The notes beneath the pieces are model-generated. The model searched no databases, was not told the DNA's origin, and was given only the letters and a program-made list of their open reading frames with translations. Of a stretch of 52,751 bases of DNA, positions 44,414-52,751 are shown piece by piece (positions within the stretch are counted from its first letter, which is position 1; each line of letters begins with the position of its first letter). The DNA lies in IMG/VR virus record IMGVR_UViG_3300036826_000291, positions 1 to 52,751 of that record, one strand, 5' to 3'. The translations under genes were made by a program, and so were the position numbers. Source of the stretch: a virus. Lineage: Duplodnaviria > Caudoviricetes.

Positions 44414-45150
44414 TGCTCGGCAACGCACCGCTTAGCGGCCTGCCGCTTGCCGGCCTGCCGCGGCGCTATGAAGCAACCGCATCCGGCCATCTCTCGCTGA
44501 CCGGCGCGGCGAGCGGCCAACAGGTCATTACCGGGACCGCGGCGGGACAGCTTTGGCTCACCGGCGCCGCGGCGGCGATCCAGGCGATTGCCGGCACCGC
44601 GGCGGGCCAACTTCGCCTCACCGGCGCGGCGAGCGGCCAGCAGGTCATCGTCGGGACGGCCGCCGGCCAACTGATCTTCACCGGCGAGGCCGGCAGCATC
44701 AGCGTGCAGATCGGTTCCGCCGCCGGCACGCTCGTGCTGACCGGCGCCGCAGCCGGCGAGCACGCAATCGCCGCGATTGAAGGCACCGCCACGGGCGCGC
44801 TCGTGCTCACTGGTGCGGTTGCCGGCGAAGCGGGTGTCACCGCCCGGCCGGTGTTCGGCGCGATGGGCGGCAAGCACAAGCGGCCCCTGCGCACCGCCAT
44901 CGCGGTCGGCCGGCTTAGCTTTGCAGGTGCCGCCGCCGGGCTGGTCATCACCGAGGCCGAGGCCGCTGCTGCGCTGGCCATGGCGGGCGGCGGAAGCGGC
45001 ACGACCGCGCCGGTGGTGCCGCGCGAAGGCGCGGCGCGCGGCGAGTTTGCGAGCGCGCCGGAACCGCGCGAGGGCGCGGCGTGCGGGGAGTTGGGAATCG
45101 CGGGCGACCCGTGGCGGGACTACGACAACGCGCTCGCGCTTGCCGCGTGA
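44413..45150 (+). CDS. Gly/Ala/Thr-rich virion protein with ~20-aa repeats
   Basis: About 6 units resembling LTGAASGQQVITGTAAGQL. Confidence 0.6.
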   Translation: MLGNAPLSGLPLAGLPRRYEATASGHLSLTGAASGQQVITGTAAGQLWLTGAAAAIQAIAGTAAGQLRLTGAASGQQVIVGTAAGQLIFTGEAGSISVQIGSAAGTLVLTGAAAGEHAIAAIEGTATGALVLTGAVAGEAGVTARPVFGAMGGKHKRPLRTAIAVGRLSFAGAAAGLVITEAEAAAALAMAGGGSGTTAPVVPREGAARGEFASAPEPREGAACGELGIAGDPWRDYDNALALAA

Positions 45151-45167
45151 AAAATAGGAGAAGCACA

Positions 45168-45407
45168 ATGGCCGAAGATGCCTGCGCAATTCTCGAACAG
45201 CTGCGCAAGGCGCGGCTCGACCTCTTGACCGGGCAATCGCGTGTTCGTGTCGTAATCGCAAACGGCATAGACGTCACCTATTCAAACGTCGAGATGGCGG
45301 CGCTCGAACGCGCCATCGCTCAATACGACGCCGCGTGCGCGCAGCAGCAGGGGCAGCTGCCGCGCCGCTACGCTTTCCGCGCCGGGGCAATGACCTACCA
45401 AAAATGA
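45168..45407 (+). CDS. gpW-like head-tail joining protein
   Basis: 79 aa, LDLLTG...VTYS.....LERAI pattern; AGGAG RBS. Confidence 0.65.
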   Translation: MAEDACAILEQLRKARLDLLTGQSRVRVVIANGIDVTYSNVEMAALERAIAQYDAACAQQQGQLPRRYAFRAGAMTYQK

Positions 45408-45509
45408 TCTGCCCGGCCTGCTACGGCCGCGGCTTTGCGCATGCGCCATGCGGCGAGTGCGGCGGCTGCGGCCGGCTGCATTGCTGCGACGGCTTGAAGG
45501 AGTCCACCG

Positions 45510-46796
45510 ATGACGATCCTGCTGCGCATCGCCGAGCGGGTGCTTGGCCGCCCGCTGCTGATTCATCCGGCCAAGGCCGAACTGATCGCCTCGGTGCTCG
45601 GCGACCGCATCGGCATCGGCGGCTCGTTCATTGAACGCGATGAACTGCCGGCAGCGTTGACCGCGCCGCTCACCGAACGTCCGGCGGCAAATCGCCTTGT
45701 CGGCGAGCCGGTCATGGCCGGCCGCACCGAGCTTTATCGCCGCGCCAACGGCGTCGGCATCATTCCGATCGTCGGCACGTTGACCAATCGCGGCACTTCC
45801 ATCGGCGAGGATTCGTCCGGCTTCACCTCGTATGAAAGCATCGCGGTACAGATGCGCGCGGCGCTCGCCGACCCGCAGGTGCAATCGATTCTGCTCGACA
45901 TGGACTCGGCCGGCGGCGAGGCCAGCGGCATGTTTGCGCTTGCCGATGCGGTGCGCACCGCGCGCGCAACAAAGCCGGTGAGCGCCGTGGTCGACGACAT
46001 GGCGGCAAGTTCCGCATTCGGCATCGCCGCCAATGCGACCGAGGTGGTGGTGTCGCCGACCTCGATCACCGGCTCGATCGGCGTGGTGCTGCTGCATCTC
46101 GACCAATCCGCCGAATTGCAGATGAAGGGCCGCCGGCCGACGCTCATTTTTGCCGGCGCCCACAAGGTCGACGCCAATCCGTTCGGGCCGCTCTCCCCGG
46201 AGGTGCGCGCCGATCTGCAACGCGAGGTCGACACGTTCTATGCGCGCTTTGTCGATCAGGTGGCCGCCGGCCGCCCGCGGCTCACCACCGACGCGGTGAA
46301 GGCAACGGAAGCGCGCATCTTCATCGGCGCGGAAGCAATCGACGCCGGTCTTGCCGACCGCATCGGCACCTTCGACGACACGCTTGCGCGCCTGTCATCG
46401 GCCATTCGCGCCAGGAACCTAGCAGGAGGTCCAATCATGCAGACGAACGATAACCCGATTGCCCGCGCCGACCACGACACCGCGGTGCGCGAGGCGCGTG
46501 CGCAGGGCGAGGCCGCCGGGCGCACCACCGCGATCGAGCGGGTGCGCGCCATCCTCAATTGCCCGGAGGCCAAGGGCCGCGAGGCGCAGGCGCAGGTGTT
46601 CGCGCTCGACACCGACATGGCCCCGGACGTCGCCGCCAAGGCGCTCGCCGCCGCACCCGCCGCCAAGGCAACGCCGGCGCTCGACGTGCGCGGCGCGGCT
46701 CCGCTGGCAGCCGGTGCCGCGTCGGCCGCGGACGACAGCAAGGCGCGATGGGATCGCTCGCTCAAGCGCGCCGGCGCCACGATGCCGGCGGCGTAA
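45510..46796 (+). CDS. S49 capsid maturation protease with scaffold (lambda gpC-like)
   Basis: LDMDSAGGE, AASSAF, TGSIGV and GLADRI motifs; AAGGAG RBS. Confidence 0.92.
   Translation: MTILLRIAERVLGRPLLIHPAKAELIASVLGDRIGIGGSFIERDELPAALTAPLTERPAANRLVGEPVMAGRTELYRRANGVGIIPIVGTLTNRGTSIGEDSSGFTSYESIAVQMRAALADPQVQSILLDMDSAGGEASGMFALADAVRTARATKPVSAVVDDMAASSAFGIAANATEVVVSPTSITGSIGVVLLHLDQSAELQMKGRRPTLIFAGAHKVDANPFGPLSPEVRADLQREVDTFYARFVDQVAAGRPRLTTDAVKATEARIFIGAEAIDAGLADRIGTFDDTLARLSSAIRARNLAGGPIMQTNDNPIARADHDTAVREARAQGEAAGRTTAIERVRAILNCPEAKGREAQAQVFALDTDMAPDVAAKALAAAPAAKATPALDVRGAAPLAAGAASAADDSKARWDRSLKRAGATMPAA
46437..46796 (+). CDS. Nested scaffold protein (Nu3-like), in-frame internal start
   Basis: AGGAGGT-N6-ATG in frame within the protease gene. 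Confidence 0.6.
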   Translation: MQTNDNPIARADHDTAVREARAQGEAAGRTTAIERVRAILNCPEAKGREAQAQVFALDTDMAPDVAAKALAAAPAAKATPALDVRGAAPLAAGAASAADDSKARWDRSLKRAGATMPAA

Positions 46797-46831
46797 GCCG
46801 CTTGCCGCAACCCCGAACACAGGAGACGCAC

Positions 46832-47296
46832 ATGGCAAATTCGTTCACCGAAACCCCGCATCCCGCTCAGTTCATCCTGACTGAGCAGGACGGGCACCTC
46901 TCTCGCGACAATCTCAAGATTGCCGCCTCGCAGACCATCGCTGTCGGCGGCATCCTGGTCGACGGCGGCGCCGGCGGCTATGTCGCCTACGACAAGGCGG
47001 CACCGCCGGCCGCCGGCACCAAGGTTGCGCTGGCGATCTATCCCGCGGTGACCGGCGTCGGCGAGACCACCTCCATCGCAGCGATCACGCGCGCGGCGGA
47101 AGTAAACGGCCTCGCAATGTCGTGGCAGGCGGGCATGAGCAATGCGCAGGTTCTCGCCGCTGCCGCATCGCTGGCCGCCTTCATGATCATCGTGCGCGGC
47201 CTGCCGGCCGGTTTCGTCACCATGGCGGCCGAAGGCCAGTCGGCCGAAGACCAGCCGCCGGCTGACCAGCCGCCGGCCGAGCAGCCCGCCGCCTAG
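46832..47296 (+). CDS. Head decoration protein (gpD-like)
   Basis: FILTEQDGHLSRD...RAAEVNG; between protease and capsid; AGGAG RBS. Confidence 0.8.
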   Translation: MANSFTETPHPAQFILTEQDGHLSRDNLKIAASQTIAVGGILVDGGAGGYVAYDKAAPPAAGTKVALAIYPAVTGVGETTSIAAITRAAEVNGLAMSWQAGMSNAQVLAAAASLAAFMIIVRGLPAGFVTMAAEGQSAEDQPPADQPPAEQPAA

Positions 47297-47378
47297 TTTC
47301 CACCCTTCCCGCAACCAACCCGCCCGGACGGGGAAAGCCTCCCCGGCCTCCGGGGAGCTTTTGCCTTTGGAGGAACCA

Positions 47379-48392
47379 ATGCTCGACATCTTCCATCTGA
47401 ACGCATTCGGCGTCGTCGAACTGACCGATGCGATCAACCGTCCGGTGTTCGTGCCGGGGCGGCTCGGCCAGATGGGCCTGTTCACCGAAAGCAGCGTGTC
47501 GACCATCGACATTGCGATCGAGGAACGCGACGGCGTTTTGATTCTGGTGCCGCCGACACCGCGCGGCGGTCCCGGCGTCACGGTGCAGAAGCCCGGCCGC
47601 ACCGTGCGAGTGCTGCGCGCTCCGCACTTTGAGATCAACGACGCGGTGATGGCCGAAGAAGTGCAGGGCGTGCGCGCCTGGGGCACCGAGGATCAGGTCG
47701 AAATGGTGATGGACAAGGTGAGCGACCGTTTGCTGATCCATCGCTCTTCCATGGAAACCACCATGGAATATTCCCGCGTCGGCGCGGTGATCGGCATCGT
47801 CACCTATGCGGACGGCACGCAGCTAAACCTGTTCACCGAGTTCGGCGTCACGCAAGACCCGGAAATCCCCTTCGACCTCGCCAACAAGGTCGACGGCGCG
47901 CTGCGCAAGCAATGCGCGCAGGTGATCCGGCAATTGTCGCGCAACCTCGGCGGCGTCGCCTTCACCGGCGTCAACGCCATCTGCGGCGATGCGTTCTTTG
48001 ACGACCTCTTGGCCAACGAGGAAGTGCGCGCGACCTTCCTCAACAACCCGGCTGCCGCGCAATTGCGCGCCGCCTACATCGCCAACGGCTTGTCCTACGG
48101 CATGTTCGATTTCGGCGGCATCATGTGGGAGAACTATCGCGGCTATGTCGGCGGCACCAGCTTCGTCGACACCGACCATTGCCATCTGTTCCCCGGTGGC
48201 GTGCCGAACCTGTTCCGCACCTACATGGCGCCGGCCGACTACATCGAGACGGTCAACCGTCCGGGGCAGCGCATGTATGCCAAGCAGTACGACATGGCCA
48301 ACGACAAGGGCGTCAATCTCGACGTGCAGATGAATGCGCTCAACATCTGCACGCGGCCGAAGTCGCTCCTGAAGGGCCGCCGCGGCGCCTGA
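47379..48392 (+). CDS. Major capsid protein (lambda gpE family)
   Basis: AFGVVELTDAIN..FVPGRLG, APADYIETVN and NICTRP motifs; GGAGG RBS. Confidence 0.92.
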   Translation: MLDIFHLNAFGVVELTDAINRPVFVPGRLGQMGLFTESSVSTIDIAIEERDGVLILVPPTPRGGPGVTVQKPGRTVRVLRAPHFEINDAVMAEEVQGVRAWGTEDQVEMVMDKVSDRLLIHRSSMETTMEYSRVGAVIGIVTYADGTQLNLFTEFGVTQDPEIPFDLANKVDGALRKQCAQVIRQLSRNLGGVAFTGVNAICGDAFFDDLLANEEVRATFLNNPAAAQLRAAYIANGLSYGMFDFGGIMWENYRGYVGGTSFVDTDHCHLFPGGVPNLFRTYMAPADYIETVNRPGQRMYAKQYDMANDKGVNLDVQMNALNICTRPKSLLKGRRGA

Positions 48393-48395
48393 TCC

Positions 48396-48719
48396 ATGGC
48401 GGCCATCGACTATCCGGCGCTGGCTGCGCTCGCCACCGGACTCATCGCCGATTTCGGACGCGCCGCAACCCTGACGGTTGACGGCGGCGCCGACATTGCG
48501 GTGACCGTGGCGCTGATCGACTACGGCCGCGCCGAGCGCGACGGCGCGATGATCAACGTCGACGATCGCCGCGCCTTCATTTCCGCCGATGCCGGGGTGA
48601 TGCCCGACCCGGAACTGCATGAGCTCGTGCTTGACGGCCAGAGCTTCCGCATCGTGTCGACGCGCGCCGTCAAGCCCGGAGCAACCATCCTCTATTACGA
48701 CTGCCAGGTGCGCGCATGA
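48396..48719 (+). CDS. Head-tail adaptor/closure protein
   Basis: Position after the capsid gene; C-terminal KPG....YYDCQVR. Confidence 0.65.
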   Translation: MAAIDYPALAALATGLIADFGRAATLTVDGGADIAVTVALIDYGRAERDGAMINVDDRRAFISADAGVMPDPELHELVLDGQSFRIVSTRAVKPGATILYYDCQVRA

Positions 48720-49174
48720 CCGATCGGCGCGAGCAAACGCTGGCGCGGCTCACCGTCATCATGGCCGAGATTCCGAGCATCCAGGCGGCGGTGCGCAATC
48801 GCGGCGAACTGCCGGCCAACAAGCGGCCGGCGATCGTGGTGCTCGACGGCGACGAAGTGGCGCGCGAAAGCGTTGCGCAGCAGCGTGGCCGGCTCACCCT
48901 GGCGCCGCACCTTGTCGACCTCACCCCGGAAATCTTCATCGTCATGGACCAGCGCGAGCCGCACAATGTCGGCATCGGCGAGGATCTGAACGCGCTGCGC
49001 ATCGCCGTGCTCAAGGCGATAATCGCCGATCAGGAGCTTGTCGGGATTCTCGGCGCGAACGGCGACATTCGCTATAACGGCTGCAACACCGACATGGCCA
49101 CCGGCCGCGCCATGGAGGGCCAGATGCAGCTCTCAATCACCTTCACCTACGCGCTGCGCCCCTCCGAACTCTAG
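48716..49174 (+). CDS. Tail terminator-like protein
   Basis: Position before the tail tube; DRREQTLARL start. Confidence 0.6.
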   Translation: MTDRREQTLARLTVIMAEIPSIQAAVRNRGELPANKRPAIVVLDGDEVARESVAQQRGRLTLAPHLVDLTPEIFIVMDQREPHNVGIGEDLNALRIAVLKAIIADQELVGILGANGDIRYNGCNTDMATGRAMEGQMQLSITFTYALRPSEL

Positions 49175-49189
49175 CAGGGAGTGACTCTC

Positions 49190-49735
49190 ATGCCCGTCTC
49201 GCTGATCTCGCCCGACGTCGACAACTATCAGGTCGGCAAAGGCATCGTCTCGTTCAAGCCGGAAGGCGGCACCGACTTCATCGACCTCGGCAACGTCGCC
49301 GAACTGGAATACACGCCGAGCATCGAGAAGCTCGACCACTTCTCAAGCCGCGCCGGGGTCAAGAGCAAGGACAAGTCCATCGTCACCCAGCGCGGCGGCA
49401 CGTTGCGCGTGCTGATGGAGGAATTCACCGCGCAGAATCTGGCCATGATCCTGATGGGCGTGGTCGATCCCGGCACGCCGCCGGCCGGCCCGAGCATCGA
49501 CATTTTTGCCGCGCCGAGCATCTTCGGCGAAGTCAAGTTCCAGGCTACCAACGACGTCGGGCCGCGGTGGGACTTGGAATTCTACTACGTCGAGTTTTCA
49601 CCTTCGGGCTCATTCAGCCCGATTTCCGACGAATGGAATCAGATCGAGGTCACCGGCGAGGTGCTGGTGGCGCCGGCCGGCAGCACCAATGCCGGCAAGG
49701 TCGGGCTGGCGACGCTCACCAATCTGCCCGCGTAA
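49190..49735 (+). CDS. Major tail (tube) protein
   Basis: NYQVGKG..F....DLGN..E....EKLDHFSSRAG motif. Confidence 0.8.
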   Translation: MPVSLISPDVDNYQVGKGIVSFKPEGGTDFIDLGNVAELEYTPSIEKLDHFSSRAGVKSKDKSIVTQRGGTLRVLMEEFTAQNLAMILMGVVDPGTPPAGPSIDIFAAPSIFGEVKFQATNDVGPRWDLEFYYVEFSPSGSFSPISDEWNQIEVTGEVLVAPAGSTNAGKVGLATLTNLPA

Positions 49736-49738
49736 CGA

Positions 49739-50158
49739 ATGGTCAGCTTGACCGACATTGCGCCGGCCACCGCGCGCGTCGCGGTGCTCGGCAGCGAGAT
49801 CGAGGTGCGCGGCCTCACCATGCGCGACATCGCGCACCTGCTCTCCCGCTTCCCGCAATTGCGCATGATCGTCGCCGGGCGGCAGGAATCACTGACGGTC
49901 GACGACATCATCGCGGCGGCGCCCGATGCGATCGCGTCAATCATCGCCTGCGGAACCGGCGGGCGCGACGACGATGCGGCGCATGCCGCCGCCGACGCGC
50001 TGCCGGTCGAGGCGCAGACCGACGTCATCGAGGCGATCGTGGCGTTGTCGTTCCCAAAGGGCTTCGGCCCTTTCGTGGCGCGTCTCATGGCCATGGCCGG
50101 CCAGCTGCAAAGCGCCGTGGTCGGCACGACGCCTTCGCCGCCGCCATCGAATTCCTGA
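49739..50158 (+). CDS. Tail assembly chaperone (G-like)
   Basis: Position between tube and TMP; slippery heptamers near the 3' end. Confidence 0.75.
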   Translation: MVSLTDIAPATARVAVLGSEIEVRGLTMRDIAHLLSRFPQLRMIVAGRQESLTVDDIIAAAPDAIASIIACGTGGRDDDAAHAAADALPVEAQTDVIEAIVALSFPKGFGPFVARLMAMAGQLQSAVVGTTPSPPPSNS

Positions 50159-50337
50159 TCAGCGCCGGGCATCGCGAGGCTTGGGAGTACACGCCGCGGC
50201 AGATCAGCGGCTTCATGCTGCTCGCCGGCGCGCGATTGAAGCGCGAGGCGGCCGGGCAATTGTCGTTGCACGCAACGGCGGCGCGCGGCAAGCCGGAAGC
50301 GATCCGCAAAATCTTGAAGGACGCCGAGCGCGAATGA
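50053..50337 (+). CDS. -1 frameshift extension of the chaperone (GT-like)
   Basis: In-phase C-CCA-AAG (50053) and C-CCT-TTC (50068); the -1 frame is open to 50337 (AWEYTPRQI...). Confidence 0.6.
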   Translation, partial: PKGLRPFRGASHGHGRPAAKRRGRHDAFAAAIEFLISAGHREAWEYTPRQISGFMLLAGARLKREAAGQLSLHATAARGKPEAIRKILKDAERE

Positions 50338-50852
50338 AGATCGCAATCAAGCCGTCGAGCTTCGAGAAGGTGGCGAAGAAACAAGGCAACGAACTGGTCG
50401 CCGCCTATTCGCAGACCGCGACATTGCTGGCCTCGGCGCTGCGCACCGCCGGCCGCGCCGATACCAAGACCGCTGGCAAGTTCGGCGCCTGGGCGTTCTC
50501 GGTCACCACCAAGCGCGCCGGCGACCTGCGCATCATCCGTTCGATCGCCGGCTCCAAGGTGGTCGAGCAACTCGAATTCGGCGCCGTCGTCCAGGGCAAG
50601 CCGCTGTTGTTCATCCGCCTCTCGTTCGCAAAGGACGCGCCGCGCAATCCGCGCCGCTACACCGGCGAATTGGTGCGCGTCGATCGCAAGGTCGGCGTGC
50701 CGCTCTTGGTGCAGTCGGGCGGCGATCCGAAATATTTCGGGGTGCCGCGCGTGGTGATGCCGCGCAAGCTGCATCTGCGGGAGATCGGCCGCGACCTGGT
50801 TGACGACGTGCCTTCGGTTTATTTCAAGCTACTGTCGCAACAGAAAGACTAG
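50334..50852 (+). CDS. Hypothetical basic protein (tail-completion-like)
   Basis: ATGA overlap with the GT stop; 172 aa. Confidence 0.6.
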   Translation: MKIAIKPSSFEKVAKKQGNELVAAYSQTATLLASALRTAGRADTKTAGKFGAWAFSVTTKRAGDLRIIRSIAGSKVVEQLEFGAVVQGKPLLFIRLSFAKDAPRNPRRYTGELVRVDRKVGVPLLVQSGGDPKYFGVPRVVMPRKLHLREIGRDLVDDVPSVYFKLLSQQKD

Positions 50853-50857
50853 CGCGC

Positions 50858-52751
50858 ATGCCGACCGAACGCATCGTGCAGGAAATCGTCGTCACCGGCG
50901 ACGAAGCCGCGCGCAAGCAGATCGAGGCGCTCGGCGCGGCCTCAGACAAGACCATGGCCAAGAGCGCCGCGGCGGCGGGCGGCGCGTCAAAATCCTTCGG
51001 CGAACTTGAAGGCGCCACGGAAGGGCTGCACGGCGCGTTGGAGGCGCTCAGCAAGCGCCTCGTCCCGCTCGCCGGCGAGTTCAACGAGGTCGCGGACGTC
51101 GTCAGAAAATTCGGCGGCACCATGAGCATCGCCGCCGCGGCGGTGGTGGCGCTGACCGGCGGGCTGTTCGAAGTTGCCCGGCGTTCGTCCGAGGCCGCCT
51201 CGGCAATCAAGGAGGCATCGACCCGCGCTGGCACCAGCGCGAAGAATTTTCAAGAAATGAGTTTCGCCTTCCGGCAGTCCGGCTCCAGCGCCGAGGCGCT
51301 TGAGAAGGGCATGGCCATCATCCTCGATGCCGCCGAGAAGGGCGGCGATGCGGCCAAGCCGTTCGAGAAGCTCGGCATCGCGCTGACGGAACTTGGCAAA
51401 GCGCGCGATCCGATCGACGTGATGCGCGACATTGCCGACAAGATGGCGGAAATCCCCGACCCGACGCAGCGCGCGCAAATCGCCATCAGTCTGTTCGGGC
51501 GCCGCGTCGGCACGCAATTTGTCGAGCCATTGCAGGACGGCTCCAAGGGCATCGACGAGCTGATCGACAAGCTCAAGAAAATCGGCGGCGTATTGAGCCC
51601 TGCGGAACTGGCGGTCGGCAAGGAATTTTCCGACACCATGGACCGGCTCGGCACCGCCGCATCGGCGACCGCCACCAAGGTCGGGCTGGCATTCGTGCCG
51701 ATGTTCGACCCGCTGATCGAATCGCTTTCTAAGATGATCGGCGCGATTCAGCCGTCGCTCGTTGCCGCCGCCCATGCGGTGACGGAATTCCTCAAGCCGG
51801 TGTTCGACGATATTGCGGCGGCGTTTTCCGGTTCCGGCGACAAGATCAAAAGCCAGTTCATCAAGGTGGTGGTCGACGGCTTCAAGGGCATGGGAGCCGT
51901 CATCGGCGAGGTGAGCAAGGAAATCGGTTCGGCGCTCGGCGGCTTGAAGACCGTCGTCGATGGCCTTACCGCCGCCTTTAATGGATTGTTCGGCACCAAG
52001 TTGACCAGCTTCGATCTGGTCGGCTTCGCCATCGGCGCTCGCTTGGCGGCGACCGCGCTGCGCCTGCTGGCTGGCGCCGTCATCTTCCTGACCCGCGCGG
52101 TCAATCCATGGATGATCGCAATTTCGGGCGTGCTCGCGCTGCTGGCGATCCTCAACGACAACATCTCGCCGGAACAGTGGAAGGCACTCGGCGCGGCAAT
52201 CGCAAACATCGGCCCCACAATTACCAACGCCATCGCCGGGATGGGAAATCGCATCAAGCAGCTTTGGAATGATGCGCTGACCTTCATCGGCGACAAGACC
52301 AGCGCGGTCATGACCGCCGTTGCGGGCTTCTTCAAGCCGGTGACCGGCGCGGTCGCAAGCGCGCTCGAAGGCGTCAAGCAGCTGTGGGCCGACGCCTTGA
52401 AATGGATCGGCGACAAGGCGAGCGCCGCGCTCGCCGCCGTTGGCGGATTGTGGCCGCAGGTCACCGACGCGCTCGGCGGCGTGCTGACCCGCATCAAGCA
52501 AGCATGGGCCGCCGCCTGGGCTTTCGTCAGCGACAAGGCGAGCGCCGCGCTCGCCGCCGTTGGCGGTTTCTTCGCGCCGGTCACGGACGCGGTCGCAAGC
52601 GCGCTCGACGGCATCAAACAGCTATGGGCGGATGGCTGGAATTGGATTCAGCAGAAGGCCGACGCCGCACTCACCGCCGTTGCCGGCTTCTTCAAGCCGG
52701 TGATCGACAAGTTCACCGGCGCGATCGACAGCATCAAGCAGCTGTGGGCGG
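50858..52751 (+). CDS. Tape measure protein, N-terminal part (about 806 aa when joined to 1..577)
   Basis: The ORF from ATG 50858 runs off the end; Ala/Gly-rich with periodic Trp/Phe. Confidence 0.88.
   Translation, partial: MPTERIVQEIVVTGDEAARKQIEALGAASDKTMAKSAAAAGGASKSFGELEGATEGLHGALEALSKRLVPLAGEFNEVADVVRKFGGTMSIAAAAVVALTGGLFEVARRSSEAASAIKEASTRAGTSAKNFQEMSFAFRQSGSSAEALEKGMAIILDAAEKGGDAAKPFEKLGIALTELGKARDPIDVMRDIADKMAEIPDPTQRAQIAISLFGRRVGTQFVEPLQDGSKGIDELIDKLKKIGGVLSPAELAVGKEFSDTMDRLGTAASATATKVGLAFVPMFDPLIESLSKMIGAIQPSLVAAAHAVTEFLKPVFDDIAAAFSGSGDKIKSQFIKVVVDGFKGMGAVIGEVSKEIGSALGGLKTVVDGLTAAFNGLFGTKLTSFDLVGFAIGARLAATALRLLAGAVIFLTRAVNPWMIAISGVLALLAILNDNISPEQWKALGAAIANIGPTITNAIAGMGNRIKQLWNDALTFIGDKTSAVMTAVAGFFKPVTGAVASALEGVKQLWADALKWIGDKASAALAAVGGLWPQVTDALGGVLTRIKQAWAAAWAFVSDKASAALAAVGGFFAPVTDAVASALDGIKQLWADGWNWIQQKADAALTAVAGFFKPVIDKFTGAIDSIKQLWA
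52250..52751 (+). repeat. 120-nt (40-aa) tandem repeats in the TMP
   Basis: KQ(L/A)W codons at 52256, 52376, 52496, 52616 and 52736; 52625-52708 is identical to 44-127. Confidence 0.85.

Noticed and set aside
1-52751. tRNA/rRNA genes, IS elements and host chromosomal flanks
   Set aside because: None were recognised by eye; tRNAscan-SE and ISEScan would be needed to exclude them formally.

Overview
The window looks like a complete, circularly closed ~52.7 kb temperate lambda-like siphophage genome. It is GC-rich, and GcrA-like and GapR-like genes suggest an alphaproteobacterial host. Bases 1-50 are identical to 52702-52751, the break falls inside the tape-measure gene, and no host genes are present. 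Modules in order: tail tip, virion and lysis genes (1-7.8 kb); a leftward accessory block with two divergent HTH regulators, an attP-like region, tyrosine integrase and excisionase (7.8-13.6 kb); a leftward early operon with RecT and a YqaJ exonuclease (13.6-20.4 kb); a rightward Cro/replication/DNA-modification operon (20.8-30.4 kb); a ParB, glycosyltransferase and sulfotransferase cluster; a leftward island with repeated promoter and RBS motifs (32.9-38.4 kb); and lambda-type packaging, head and tail genes (38.5-52.7 kb). The most striking element lies between yqaJ and recT: a RAMP/Cas7-like gene, a small accessory gene and a 397-nt non-coding array of about 75 GGY-NN pentamers. The array is divided into five segments by GGCC junctions and bracketed by hairpins, and is a candidate CRISPR-independent RNA-guided system. 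All family assignments come from motif recognition by eye; no searches were run.
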